This document shows positions 19,566 to 29,378 of a DNA stretch of 64,000 nucleotides, one piece after another. Both the position numbers and the translations under genes were made by a program. The stretch is taken from positions 1 to 64,000 of the forward strand of contig CAWKCK010000003.1 in the NCBI GenBank assembly GCA_963848135.1, read 5' to 3'. Positions within the stretch are counted from its first letter, which is position 1. Each line of letters opens with the position of its first letter. The DNA comes from an uncultured delta proteobacterium (GTDB lineage: Bacteria > Desulfobacterota > Desulfobacteria > Desulfobacterales > SG8-13). The notes under the pieces were generated by a model that saw nothing but the letters and a program-made list of their open reading frames with translations, had not been told where the DNA came from and ran no database searches.

Positions 19566-20879
19566 ATGATCATTGACCTGTCCCCCTTATCTAATAGGCT
19601 TCATCTTACAATTCTTTTGATGTTCATCTTATCTTTGCAAGGTTGCGCTGATATGAGGGATTTTCTGGTTAAATCTCCGCCTCTTCCAAGCCACCTGGAG
19701 GAAAAGATCGAACGAAACGACTTTATTGTTGAAAAAGAAGATGACGTCCTTGGCCGTTTGGCGATCATCAGACTTGAAAAGGAGGACACGCTGCCGGATA
19801 TTGCGAGACACTTTAGCTTGGGAATCAATACAGTCAGTGCAGCTAATCCGGGGATAGATATATGGGTGCCTGAGGCCGGAGAGCGTATCCTGTTGCCTCT
19901 GAGCTTTATACTGCCAGACACCCTTAGAAAAGGTATCGTGATTAATTTAGCCGCTATGAGGCTCTTTTATTTTAAAGGAAATGGTAAACTATTGGCCGTG
20001 TCGACCTACCCGGTCGGTGTCGGTACCACAAGGCGGCCCACTCCCATGGGCCAAATGTATGTAAATCGCAAGAAGTTCCGGCCGACCTGGTATGTGCCCG
20101 CCTCGATTGCTGAAGACCATAGGAAAAACGGAGATCCTCTGCCGGCTAAAGTACCACCGGGGCCTTTAAATCCATTGGGAGAATACGCCCTCTATTTAAG
20201 TAAGTCAGGTTATTTGGTCCATGGTACTAATAAACCAGCCAGTATCGGCCTTAGGGCAACCGCTGGCTGCATAAGACTATTTCCGGAAGACATAAAGAGA
20301 CTTTTCGAAAACACCCCGGTAAAAACACCTGTAAACATTGTTAACCAACCTTATCTCGTTGGCCAACGTGATGGAATAGTTTACATAGAAGTTCATACGC
20401 CCTTTGAAGAATCAGGCACCACTGAATTGAAGAAAGCATATGTAAAATTGAGAAATATTGAAAAAAAGTCAGGACACGCGCTTGACTGGAAAAAGGTTAA
20501 AAAAGCGGTGGCCGAGTCCCGCGGGATCCCTGTACCCATATTCGAGATCCGTTATGGAAGAGAAACGGTTGTTACAGAAACCATAGAACTCAAGCACCCG
20601 GACAAGTTGTATGGCAAACCGGAAATACCGGAACTCAAAACGGACGGATGGTATGTTCTGGCGGCCATTTTGCGTGACAAGGTTGACGCTCTGAGGCTTG
20701 CCGCAATTATTAACCATCAGGGTCCACAAATTCCCGCAAGGGTGTTGTCAAAGAGCGATAGGCATCGTGTTCTCGCCGGCCCTTTCAATAATATGAGCGA
20801 GGCCAAAGACGCGGGAAAACGCTTGAAAATCGATTTGGAAATAGACGGTATATTGGTTGAGCCTATCAAGGAAAGATAA
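19566..20879 (+). CDS. L,D-transpeptidase (ErfK/YbiS-like) with LysM-like, YkuD and SPOR domains; lipoprotein
   Basis: Lipobox LQGC, DTLPDIARHF...ANPGID, IVINLAAMRLFY, PPGPLNPLG, YLVHGTN...ATAGCIRL, and a C-terminal SPOR-like HRVLAGPF. Confidence 0.92.
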   Translation: MIIDLSPLSNRLHLTILLMFILSLQGCADMRDFLVKSPPLPSHLEEKIERNDFIVEKEDDVLGRLAIIRLEKEDTLPDIARHFSLGINTVSAANPGIDIWVPEAGERILLPLSFILPDTLRKGIVINLAAMRLFYFKGNGKLLAVSTYPVGVGTTRRPTPMGQMYVNRKKFRPTWYVPASIAEDHRKNGDPLPAKVPPGPLNPLGEYALYLSKSGYLVHGTNKPASIGLRATAGCIRLFPEDIKRLFENTPVKTPVNIVNQPYLVGQRDGIVYIEVHTPFEESGTTELKKAYVKLRNIEKKSGHALDWKKVKKAVAESRGIPVPIFEIRYGRETVVTETIELKHPDKLYGKPEIPELKTDGWYVLAAILRDKVDALRLAAIINHQGPQIPARVLSKSDRHRVLAGPFNNMSEAKDAGKRLKIDLEIDGILVEPIKER

Positions 20880-21113
20880 CCAATTGCTCCTTTTCTTGCA
20901 GTTTCAAGCCTCATAAATTGTTGAATTATCGCCCTCCATCGCCAGAGGCGACCCTGCATTAAGAAATCAAGAAATGGTTGTACTTCAACTCGAAAAGAGT
21001 TGCATTTTTTCAACAAGTTAGTGACCAACGTGAATATTTTTTGTGAAGTGACGCGGAATTTTACAGTCGCTATTATTGTAAGGCAAACTGAAAAGAAAGG
21101 AGGTGACTATATT

Positions 21114-21437
21114 ATGAAGAAGAGTCTTTTGGTGATCTCAATGATGCTTGCTCTCGCTATTGCTGTAGTGGGTTGCGCAACAAAGGGTGACCTTGAGCAG
21201 GTGCAGGCTCGGGAAAAAGCGATTGGCGCGAAAGCTGATCAGGCGGCTCAAGATGCGCAGACTGCCAAGGCAACAGCCGATGAGGCCATGTTAAAAGCGA
21301 ATGAAGCAGTGGCCCGAGCTGAGGAAGCTGAAAAGAGGGCAAAGGAGAGAGAGAGAATCGCTGCTGAAAAGGAAAGAATCGCAGAAGAAAAAGCAAAACA
21401 AGCTGATGCAGTTTTTAAGAAGTCAATGAATAAGTAA
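21114..21437 (+). CDS. Lpp/OprI-like alanine-zipper lipoprotein with C-terminal Lys
   Basis: RBS ggagg, signal peptide ending VVGC, Ala-rich coiled coil, ends FKKSMNK. Confidence 0.85.
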   Translation: MKKSLLVISMMLALAIAVVGCATKGDLEQVQAREKAIGAKADQAAQDAQTAKATADEAMLKANEAVARAEEAEKRAKERERIAAEKERIAEEKAKQADAVFKKSMNK

Positions 21438-21441
21438 ATCG

Positions 21442-21482
21442 AAAGGAAGTGGCAAGGTTTTAAGACCCTCCACTTCCTTTTA
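21442..21482 (+). terminator. Intrinsic terminator
   Basis: aaaggaagtgg...ccacttccttt followed by T-rich sequence directly after the lipoprotein gene. Confidence 0.75.
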
Positions 21483-21603
21483 TTTCCACCGTTTAACATG
21501 GTAAATTTCTCGGATATACTAATGGGGCTGTAAGCCACCCGACATGTAGTAATTCTAAATCCTTAATCAACGCTCTCGGAAGAGATATCGTGTCGGGTAG
21601 GAA

Positions 21604-22623
21604 ATGACTTCCTTAGTAACTGGAAGAGGACTGGCTTTGCGATCATCAAGCACATTATTAACAATCACAAAGACGTATACGGATAGAAGGCAGAGCGGGA
21701 GAAGCGAGTATCTTCGCTTTTTCTTCGTCTGTATAATGATAACACCAATTCTTATATACGGATGCAGTTACATTGATGAAAAACATCAGGCCAGACCAAT
21801 CTTCCAGGAGGCAAATGATTTTTTCAACCAGGAAAAATACGAGGCTTCTCTGATAAAATACGAACAAATTATTGATAAATATCCCGCGGTAGCGGACAGA
21901 GTTCTCTTCGAGATGGGTATTATTTATACCCATCCCAGGAACGGACAAAAAGACTATCAGAAATCTCTGGAATGTTTTCAGAAACTCGTAAGGGATTACC
22001 CGGATAGTGAATACAGGCGGGACAGCCAGATGATGATATTTCAAATCCATAATGTCATCATCAAGGATAAAATAATTGCTACGCAGCAAACACAGATTGA
22101 GACTTCCCGGCAAGAGGCTAAAAGCAAAGAGAATGAGATAATTATACTGCAAGAAAAGATTGAAACGCGCGAACAAAAGATTTTTGCACTCCGGACGGAA
22201 CCGGCAGATAAAGTTCTGATAGAAAAGAAAGAGCGACAATTGACGTTGCTCTCAAAGGGCGAAGTGATCAAATCCTACAAAATAGCCCTGGGGGGTAACC
22301 CGGTTGGTCCAAAAGAAAGGCAGGGCGATAACAAAACCCCGGAGGGAACCTACATCATCGATTCAAGAAACAGGGACAGCGGTTATCACCTGTCTCTTCA
22401 TATCTCCTATCCAAACGAGAAAGACAATATGCGGGCAAAGGAACTTGGTGTTTCTCCGGGCGGAGATATAATGATCCATGGCATCAAAAATGGATTCTCG
22501 TGGGTTGGTGCTTCTCAAGCAGAGGTTGACTGGACGAAAGGGTGTATTGCAGTTACAGACCAAGAAATGGAGGAGATCTTCAGATTAGTGCCAAATGGTA
22601 CGGTTGTTGAGATAAGGCCATAG
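21604..22623 (+). CDS. YkuD-family protein of YafK/DpaA type with TPR/BamD-like N-terminus
   Basis: Lipobox-like IYGC, TPR-like helices, coiled coil, GPKERQGDNKTPEGTY, HLSLHISYPN..D, GGDIMIHG, WTKGCIAV. Confidence 0.85.
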   Translation: MTSLVTGRGLALRSSSTLLTITKTYTDRRQSGRSEYLRFFFVCIMITPILIYGCSYIDEKHQARPIFQEANDFFNQEKYEASLIKYEQIIDKYPAVADRVLFEMGIIYTHPRNGQKDYQKSLECFQKLVRDYPDSEYRRDSQMMIFQIHNVIIKDKIIATQQTQIETSRQEAKSKENEIIILQEKIETREQKIFALRTEPADKVLIEKKERQLTLLSKGEVIKSYKIALGGNPVGPKERQGDNKTPEGTYIIDSRNRDSGYHLSLHISYPNEKDNMRAKELGVSPGGDIMIHGIKNGFSWVGASQAEVDWTKGCIAVTDQEMEEIFRLVPNGTVVEIRP

Positions 22624-22869
22624 AAAAACCGCACAACTTATCGTTCGACCGAATCGCGTAACACTCCTGGTGAAGTTTTCATTATGCTATTCCTTATCAA
22701 CTACCAACTTTGAAACATTGTATAAACCGGTTATGTATACGCAATAGCTGATTTGTGTGAATAGCATTTGGCAATCTTAAACAAATCGTCCTTCCTGGAA
22801 GTATGGATATCTTTTTGTGTACGGGGAAAAAATAACGACAGCTGTCTATCCATAGTAATATACCTAACC

Positions 22870-23064
22870 TGATCGGTTGCAGGTTCAGGGTTCAAGGTCT
22901 AAGGGTTAGAACCAATAGATACAGCATACACTATCGAGCAAGATCCGGAATATTCGACATACCCCTTTGGATAGAACGGTTTTATAAACACTATGAAGCC
23001 AGTATTATTTTGATGAAAGCTGTTTAAGGCTTTTAACCCAGAATGTTGAACCCAGAACCGATCA
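22870..23064. repeat. Element bounded by inverted arrays of ~7-bp units
   Basis: Left tgatcggttgcaggttcagggttcaaggtctaagggttag; right ttaacccagaatgttgaacccagaaccgatca, whose reverse complement matches the left. Confidence 0.6.
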
Positions 23065-23077
23065 ACCTGAGATATAA

Positions 23078-23116
23078 AAAAGCAACGCGTGGGCTAAGTT
23101 TTTCACGCGCTGCTTT
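23078..23116 (-). terminator. Intrinsic terminator
   Basis: aaagcaacgcgtg...cacgcgctgcttt with an upstream A-run, 3' of the 23133-23543 gene. Confidence 0.65.
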
Positions 23117-23132
23117 ACGGACTCGTTTTACC

Positions 23133-23543
23133 CTACTTTAACCCAACATCTTTCAGGGCTTGCTTGCAACGCGAGCTCACCTTGGCGTCATTTTTATCTA
23201 TACACTCGAGGAGCCTACCTTCACCCATTTCTACACCACTGCAGTACTTGTCCAGATCATCTTCGCACTCGTTAGCGGCATAACTCAAAGCGGCGACAGC
23301 GCGCTCAAGCCGGACAGCCGCATCGTAAAGGGCGAATTCGCACTTACCTGACAGCTTATCCTGCCGGGCGTAAAGGCAGGCAAGTATTCGCCCCTCTCCA
23401 GGAGTAACATCTTTGCAATACGAATCAATTTCCGTTTTACAGCCGTTAGCAACAGTTTCGATAAGTGTATCTTCTGCCGATGCACCAATGACAATTCCAA
23501 AGCTGAAAACCAGTATTCCAATGAAAACCAAACCCTTTCTCAT
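23133..23543 (-). CDS. Secreted cysteine-rich repeat protein (Cys-rich FGFR-like repeats)
   Basis: Signal peptide plus two repeats of C..E/D...YC..V..GEGR.L.C...S..C. Confidence 0.85.
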   Translation of the reverse strand: MRKGLVFIGILVFSFGIVIGASAEDTLIETVANGCKTEIDSYCKDVTPGEGRILACLYARQDKLSGKCEFALYDAAVRLERAVAALSYAANECEDDLDKYCSGVEMGEGRLLECIDKNDAKVSSRCKQALKDVGLK

Positions 23544-23630
23544 CTTGAACTCCTCCTTTAGTGATTGTTGTTCTTATTGTACCTGCCAGGCCGGGCATTA
23601 CCCTATTTCGACTATTGCCATAGCCTACGC

Positions 23631-25259
23631 TTATCCCAAAATCGCCTGCAGATCTTCATCCGCGGTAGAAATGGGTTTAATGTCAAAGTTCTTTACGAGC
23701 GTGTCCAGTACATTCGGTGTCAGAAACGCGGGTAGAGAGGGCCCCAGGCGGATCCCTTTGATTCCCAGATGAAGGAGGGCCAGGAGCACGCAGACCGCTT
23801 TCTGTTCATACCACGAGATAATTAGGGAAAGCGGCAATTCATTCACACCAACATTGAATGCCTTACCGAGCGCCGATGCGATCTGAACGGCCGAATAAGC
23901 ATCATTGCACTGACCTGCATCCAGCAGTCGCGGAATACCGCCGATGTCTCCCAAGTTTTTATCAAAAAAACGATATTTGCCGCAGGCCAGCGTAAGGACG
24001 ATGCAGTCATTAGGAACTTTTTCAACAAATTCGGTATAGTAATTTCTCCCTGGCTTGGCGCCATCGCAACCGGCCACCAGGAAGAAATGCCGAATGTCTC
24101 CGGCTTTTGTCGCCGCAATCACCTTGTCCGCCACTTCTAATACGGCATTTCTTGCGAAACCGACCGTGACCTCCTGCCCGTTTTTATCCTCCTGAAAGCC
24201 GCCAAGAGCCAGAGCCCTGTCGATAACGGGTGTAAAGTTCATGTCTGCAATATGCGGAATTCCGGGCCAACCGACCATGCCGCTGGTGAAGATGTTGGCG
24301 GTGTAATCGGACTTCGGCCGTTGTATACAGTTGGTCGTCATCAGGATGGCACCCGGGAAATTGGGAAACTCCTTGATCTGGTTTTGCCAGCCTGTGCCGT
24401 AATGGCCATAGAAATGACTGTATTTTTTCAGCTTGGGATAGCCGTGGGTTGGAAGCATCTCGCCGTGGGTGTATACGTAAATGTCCTTTCCCTCAGTCTG
24501 CTTGAGAAGCTCTTCAAGATCCTTTAAATCATGCCCGGATACCAGGATCGCTTTTCCCTTCTTGTGACCCAGCGGTACCTTGGTTGGAACGGGGTGGCCG
24601 TAAATACCCGTATTCCCAGCGTCCAGAAGCTCCATGGCCCGTAAAGCAGCCTCTCCGCACCTAAGGGTCATGGCGACCCATTCCTGTAACCCCATGTCAT
24701 TTCTCTGAATAGCCGCCAGTCCTTCGTGAACAAAAGCATACACCTTGTCATCTGACTGGCCCAGCAACTGCGCGTGTTCTGCGTAGGCAGAGACGCCCTT
24801 TATTCCGAAAAGCACAGTATGTTTGAGGGACAGGATATCGGGGTCATCGGCAGGGTATGAATGTAACCCTAACGGCTCTCCCTGCTTGACCAAATCATCT
24901 AAGGAAGAAGCAGGGGTGAACGTTGCCGCCCCTGCGGCAAACTCGACATTTCCGCCGGCCGCGTTGACCTTGCTTTTGAGTTTGTCGCGTTTTTCCACAG
25001 CCCGATGGATCAAGTCGATAAATCTGGCCGGGTCGAAATCGACATTGGTGAGGGTTGAGAATGCGGCCTTTACCGTAAAAAGATTGGCATCGGGATCGGA
25101 TACCCCCACCTTGCGGCCTTCAACGGCGACCTGGGACAGCCCCATAAGGGTATAGAGAAGCAGGTCCTGAAGAGTGGCCACCTCAGGACTTTTGCCGCAA
25201 ACGCCCTGGATGGTGCATCCAGTGCCCTTGGCGGTCTGTTCACACTGATAACAGAACAT
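23631..25259 (-). CDS. hcp: Hybrid cluster protein (hydroxylamine reductase)
   Basis: MFCYQCEQTAKGTGCT..GVCGK, SGHDL, YTHGEMLP, TTNC, GCDG, LTLACGK, GQCND, SWYEQKA. Confidence 0.98.
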   Translation of the reverse strand: MFCYQCEQTAKGTGCTIQGVCGKSPEVATLQDLLLYTLMGLSQVAVEGRKVGVSDPDANLFTVKAAFSTLTNVDFDPARFIDLIHRAVEKRDKLKSKVNAAGGNVEFAAGAATFTPASSLDDLVKQGEPLGLHSYPADDPDILSLKHTVLFGIKGVSAYAEHAQLLGQSDDKVYAFVHEGLAAIQRNDMGLQEWVAMTLRCGEAALRAMELLDAGNTGIYGHPVPTKVPLGHKKGKAILVSGHDLKDLEELLKQTEGKDIYVYTHGEMLPTHGYPKLKKYSHFYGHYGTGWQNQIKEFPNFPGAILMTTNCIQRPKSDYTANIFTSGMVGWPGIPHIADMNFTPVIDRALALGGFQEDKNGQEVTVGFARNAVLEVADKVIAATKAGDIRHFFLVAGCDGAKPGRNYYTEFVEKVPNDCIVLTLACGKYRFFDKNLGDIGGIPRLLDAGQCNDAYSAVQIASALGKAFNVGVNELPLSLIISWYEQKAVCVLLALLHLGIKGIRLGPSLPAFLTPNVLDTLVKNFDIKPISTADEDLQAILG

Positions 25260-25633
25260 GGGTTTCCTCCTTTAAATTTGGGTGAATATTGACGATCATG
25301 TTTTAAGAAACATCGGAAACACAATGATGAAATAGTGGGGGACCCGCTCCGGATGGTTAAACCAATCCCTGAAAATATTTTGAACATTATCTAATCGGGC
25401 CATACATCTTGATGTCGTTGAATCGATAGGAAAAGATAAGTCGGATTCGATGACAGGTCAATGGAGGAAATATAGGTATGGGAATCGTCAAGACCTGAAA
25501 AATTACGATAAGAAATATTTGGGTCAGGTATTTGACCCTAAAGTGAGCGTTTCAAATTTTAAATGAAGTGGTAACTGCCTTATTTATAAAGGAATTCTAT
25601 TAAAGTTCGATTATGAAATTTGAAACCCGTCGG

Positions 25634-25734
25634 GATTGCCGATCTTACCGCATCTACGGCGTCATATGCCGTCCCGCATAGCCTGACTATAGCGGAACGA
25701 CATCTTCCTTGTATCTGTGGCAACCTCGACAATC
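25634..25734. repeat. Palindromic intergenic element (family C-like)
   Basis: Arms gattgccga / tcgacaatc. Internal gcatctacggcgt...ccttgtatctg corresponds to the reverse complement of the 1425-1532 core. Confidence 0.6.
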
Positions 25735-25741
25735 GCTCAAA

Positions 25742-26140
25742 TTAAGTTGACCTCAGTTGCTGGAGCAAATCAAGCAGTCTAAGGGCGTCTTTTTTTCCCG
25801 GATGAATCGGGAGCTTGGTGAGAATACCCAAGCCTTCACTGCAGCGATGAAAATCTTTTTCGGTTAAGGCGCTCAAAACAGCCGTGTTGGCGAAGGCATT
25901 CACTTCGATAAGGCGCCGAACCAAATCCAACCCTGCAAAACCTTCCACCTGCTCATCCACTATTATAAGTGCCGGCGCATGGAAGTCTACCAAGTGGATG
26001 GCATCCTCGAGCGTTGTGGCTGCCAGCAAATCCACGTCGCTGTCTTTTTGGAGCGCCCCGGTAAAACCGGACAGTTTTTCCTGCCGCTCAGATATCAATA
26101 GGATTGACAACGATTTTAGCATCTCATGTCCATTTTTCAT
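25742..26140 (-). CDS. Stand-alone receiver-like (response regulator) domain protein, atypical
   Basis: Receiver fold pattern ILLIS...PALIIVDEQ..GFAGLDLVRRL..VN. The acidic pocket is degenerate. Confidence 0.7.
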   Translation of the reverse strand: MKNGHEMLKSLSILLISERQEKLSGFTGALQKDSDVDLLAATTLEDAIHLVDFHAPALIIVDEQVEGFAGLDLVRRLIEVNAFANTAVLSALTEKDFHRCSEGLGILTKLPIHPGKKDALRLLDLLQQLRST

Positions 26141-26167
26141 TGAATAAGTGATTGCGCATGACAATCT

Positions 26168-26183
26168 ATGTGCATATGCTCTC
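26168..26183. promoter_or_regulatory. ATGAGCATATGCTCAT-type operator, copy 1
   Basis: atgtgcatatgctctc upstream of the receiver gene. Confidence 0.5.
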
Positions 26184-26218
26184 TATCCCTTCAAGCCCAT
26201 CGTTCCCCGGTCTTTATC

Positions 26219-26470
26219 TCATCCTGTCTTACCGCAACAAGAACCGGGCCCACGGCAGGAAGCCTCGAGCGGATTCCTGCCGCAGCATCCGGTATCTCCG
26301 GCACCGGGCAAAGACGGTGCGGTTCGCCCGGTAAGACTGCTGGGCGTCGACATCAATTTTCGCGCGCCACGGCTTCCACAGGCGGGGCACACCAATGGAT
26401 CATCGGGCTTCAAAACAAGTAATTCTCCGCTAAAACGGCATTCATGGCATATAACCTCATATATCGGCAT
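26219..26470 (-). CDS. FmdB-family zinc ribbon protein
   Basis: MPIYEVICHEC...CPACGS...KLMS with a Cys-rich tail. Confidence 0.88.
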   Translation of the reverse strand: MPIYEVICHECRFSGELLVLKPDDPLVCPACGSRGARKLMSTPSSLTGRTAPSLPGAGDTGCCGRNPLEASCRGPGSCCGKTG

Positions 26471-26549
26471 CGATTCGATCCTCTATTTTTCTATTCGCAA
26501 AGGTGCCCATGGTGTCTACGGAGACTATTGGGGCCGACACTTGTCTGGG

Positions 26550-26930
26550 TCAGTGCCCACCACCACCGCAGGTATGTTCCTGTCGGAACTGCGTGAGTTT
26601 ACCATCGATAATGGATTGGATGGCCTCTCCAACCGTCATCATATTCCCCCCATAGTAAACATCGATGCCAACCTGGTTGAAGCCCATCAACGGCCTCAGA
26701 CCCATACCTCCGGCAATGAGTTGGTTGACCCCTTTTTCGACCAGGTATTGAACAGGTGCCATGCATCCCCCCTGCTGGTGCGGTACATTGGGCACGACAT
26801 CCACTTTACGGATCTGCCCGTCTTCAACCGAAACCAGCGTGTACATGTCACAGTGTCCGAAATGAGCACCAAGGGCGGATTCAAGCCCCCCGGGCTGCTC
26901 TGATGGTACGGCGATTAAAGCTGAGTTCAT
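26550..26930 (-). CDS. NifB/NifX family (MTH1175-like) protein
   Basis: IAVPS...AHFGHCD..T...GGCMAPV..L...GV..LIAGGMG. Confidence 0.9.
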   Translation of the reverse strand: MNSALIAVPSEQPGGLESALGAHFGHCDMYTLVSVEDGQIRKVDVVPNVPHQQGGCMAPVQYLVEKGVNQLIAGGMGLRPLMGFNQVGIDVYYGGNMMTVGEAIQSIIDGKLTQFRQEHTCGGGGH

Positions 26931-27035
26931 TTTTCCTCCTGCAGGTTTGCCCCGCGTGTAATGATCATTCTTCCGAAGTATTTACAATGACCTGCGTCCA
27001 GGGCGTTAAGAAAATTGATATGATTCGACTTGCAC

Positions 27036-27920
27036 TCAGGCGGCTTCTGGAAGCGCCAAAAGGTTCAGGATTTTTGACCAGGCCGTTCGAAGCTGCTGTG
27101 ATGCATGGCCATTGGAAAATTCAGTAATGGCGAGGCCCTTAACCAGAGCATCGACAAACATGGTATCGTGAGGCAGTTCGGCCACTAGCGGCAGGCCCCT
27201 ATCTTCGCAGAACGAGTGAATTTCATCTGCCTTTATTGAGTTAAGATCACTCTTGTTGATGATAACGGCCATCGGAACATTGAAATGCTGACACAATTCC
27301 ACCACGCGGCGAAGATCATGGATCCCTGATGGCGTCGGTTCTGTAACAATAACCGCCAGGCCGGTACCGGTAACAGCACTGATCACCGGGCAGCCGATCC
27401 CTGGCGGTCCATCCGAAAGTATCAGCGAAATCCCATTCGATTCCGCCATTTTTTTAGCCTCTTGGCGTAATTGAGCAACGAGTTTTCCGGAGTTCTCTTC
27501 ACCGGGATAGAGCTGCGCGTGGGCCAAGGGACCGAACCGGGTTTCCGATAGAGACCAATGCCCGCATTTCTTGGGGACAAAATCTATGGCATCGCCTGGA
27601 CAAAAACGAACACAGACACGACACCCCTCACACCGGATCGGATCCACTTTAAAAAGGTTACCATCGGCGTGTATGGCCTGAAAACGGCACCTGTCGGCAC
27701 AGGTCCCACAACCATCACATTGATCTATCCGGATGCGGGCTTCGGCGCCAGAGATGAACGGCACCTGATCCGACAGTTCGGGCCGCAGAATGAGATGAAG
27801 ATCCGGCGCATCCACATCGAGATCACACAAGACGGCGTCCCTGCTAATGTGGGCAAAGGCTGCGGTGAGGGATGTTTTTCCGGTACCGCCTTTTCCGCTG
27901 ATAACCAGGATTTCATGCAT
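27036..27920 (-). CDS. MinD/CbiA-like P-loop ATPase with 2x[4Fe-4S] ferredoxin insert
   Basis: ISGKGGTGKT, DLDVDAPDLHL, CDGCGTCADRC, CEGCRVCVRFCP, GEENSGKLV, DGPPGIGCPV, VTEPT. Confidence 0.92.
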   Translation of the reverse strand: MHEILVISGKGGTGKTSLTAAFAHISRDAVLCDLDVDAPDLHLILRPELSDQVPFISGAEARIRIDQCDGCGTCADRCRFQAIHADGNLFKVDPIRCEGCRVCVRFCPGDAIDFVPKKCGHWSLSETRFGPLAHAQLYPGEENSGKLVAQLRQEAKKMAESNGISLILSDGPPGIGCPVISAVTGTGLAVIVTEPTPSGIHDLRRVVELCQHFNVPMAVIINKSDLNSIKADEIHSFCEDRGLPLVAELPHDTMFVDALVKGLAITEFSNGHASQQLRTAWSKILNLLALPEAA

Positions 27921-28791
27921 AATTGATCTCCGGGTCCCGGTGAACGGCTTGCTGAAGCGTATTGGCCAGCTGAGCGAAAAGTGCTCCCAATTCTTTAGAG
28001 GATTCGGCGATAACCTTACCGTCAGAATAGGCTTCGGCAATAGCCCGATCATAAGGGATTTCAGCAAATACGGGCAGTCCGACCTCTCGACAGAAGTGAT
28101 AGACCCGGTCATCACCGATCCCGGCACGGTTGACGAGCACTCCCATCGGTTTTCCCAGCGATTTGAAAGCATGATACGCCAATCGCAGATCAAAAGCCCC
28201 GAAAGGGGTGGGTTCGGTGACCAAAAGGATAAGGTCGCTTTCGATAACAGCACTGACCGCCGGGCAGCTCACGCCTGGCGGTGCATCGATCAACACATCG
28301 GCCGAGCCATGGAAACCCGCCGTTTTTTGCAGGCAATCCAGAACCTGCTTCATCAGCGGCGGACTCATGGCTTCACCCACACGCAGTTTTCCCATGAGAA
28401 AACCAATCGTCCCGGCCTTGCCCCAGGAAATTTTCCCAAGAGTTCGCGATCCCGACGAGATGGCACCCTCCGGGCAAACGGCCATACAACCGCCGCAACC
28501 GTGGCACATCTCCGGAAATAACAGGACGAGGTTGTTTAGTACTGAAATCGCCTTGAATTGGCACATTTCAGCGCATTCGCGGCAGTAGGTGCACTGGCTT
28601 TCATCGACTTCCGGCACTTCCATAAACGCTTGCCGAGAGCCCGACAATTCCGGCTGCAGAAACAGATGCAGGTTCGGTTCTTCGACATCGAGGTCTACGG
28701 CGGTAACAGGTGAATTCCAACTGACCGCCAGGGAAGCGGTAACCATCGTTTTCCCTGTGCCGCCCTTGCCGCTGGCAACCGCAACCTTCAT
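27913..28791 (-). CDS. MinD/CbiA-like P-loop ATPase with 2x[4Fe-4S] ferredoxin insert (paralog)
   Basis: ASGKGGTGKT, DLDVEEPNLHLF, CTYCRECAEMC, CHGCGGCMAVCP, DAPPGVSCP, VTEPTPFG. Confidence 0.92.
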   Translation of the reverse strand: MKVAVASGKGGTGKTMVTASLAVSWNSPVTAVDLDVEEPNLHLFLQPELSGSRQAFMEVPEVDESQCTYCRECAEMCQFKAISVLNNLVLLFPEMCHGCGGCMAVCPEGAISSGSRTLGKISWGKAGTIGFLMGKLRVGEAMSPPLMKQVLDCLQKTAGFHGSADVLIDAPPGVSCPAVSAVIESDLILLVTEPTPFGAFDLRLAYHAFKSLGKPMGVLVNRAGIGDDRVYHFCREVGLPVFAEIPYDRAIAEAYSDGKVIAESSKELGALFAQLANTLQQAVHRDPEINYA

Positions 28792-29162
28792 CTGCCCCGC
28801 CCCCTTCCCTTGGCCTGAGATGCCTGGGCCCACGTGAGTTCTCCGCTGTTGTACCGTTCAACGGCTTCACGGACGCTGATGTTCTCCAAGTTCTGGGCCA
28901 CACGGATCCCTGCAGCAGCCAGAGCCCGAAAGGCTTTGGGACCGACATAGCCGGTCAACACCGCTGCGACCCCGGCACGGGCAACCGTCTCGGCGGCTTG
29001 AATTCCCGCACCCTGGGCCCGTACTTGCCCATCACCGTTATCGAGATATTTGGATTCCAGGGACGCGGGATTGACGATGACAAAACCGGCCGCACGTCCG
29101 AATCGCGGATCGACGCGATCTTCGAGGCCAGGGCCTTCACTGCTGATGGCAATTTTATCCAT
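28788..29162 (-). CDS. NifB/NifX family (Orange-protein/MTH1175-like) protein
   Basis: KIAISSEG...VDPRFGRA..F...GAGIQAAE.V...GV.AVLTGYVGPKAF. Confidence 0.92.
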   Translation of the reverse strand: MDKIAISSEGPGLEDRVDPRFGRAAGFVIVNPASLESKYLDNGDGQVRAQGAGIQAAETVARAGVAAVLTGYVGPKAFRALAAAGIRVAQNLENISVREAVERYNSGELTWAQASQAKGRGRGR

Positions 29163-29215
29163 GTTCCAACTTGCCTTTCCAGGAGTGCCGCCGAGAGGAC
29201 AACACTCCCTTTTTT

Positions 29216-29276
29216 GTGAACATATGCCCATTATTATATCCAGCACGGCCTGTCAAGATAAAGAGTATATGCTCAT
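29216..29276. promoter_or_regulatory. Two ATGAGCATATGCTCAT-type operators flanking a minus-strand TTGACA
   Basis: gtgaacatatgcccat (29216-29231) and aagagtatatgctcat (29261-29276), with tgtcaa at 29251-29256. Confidence 0.6.
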
Positions 29277-29378
29277 TAATTTTAGACAACTCTCTCGCCC
29301 CGAACATTTCGCCAAACAGGGGCCATAAAAGCCGTTGCCTGGCCAGTACAACGAGATTCAGTGGGGAAAATGGAACCA

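Noticed and set aside
22630..22680. attC-like start (gcacaac...ttcgaccg) after the YafK-like gene
   Set aside because: No complementary GTTRRRY end or long hairpin, and no integrase in the window.
25400..25430. Possible FNR/HcpR box upstream of hcp (ttgatgtcgttgaa)
   Set aside because: Only one half-site matches, which is too weak to call.
27920..28253. N-terminal extension of ORF 27036-28253
   Set aside because: It overlaps the upstream paralog. The true start is MHEILVISGKGG at 27920.
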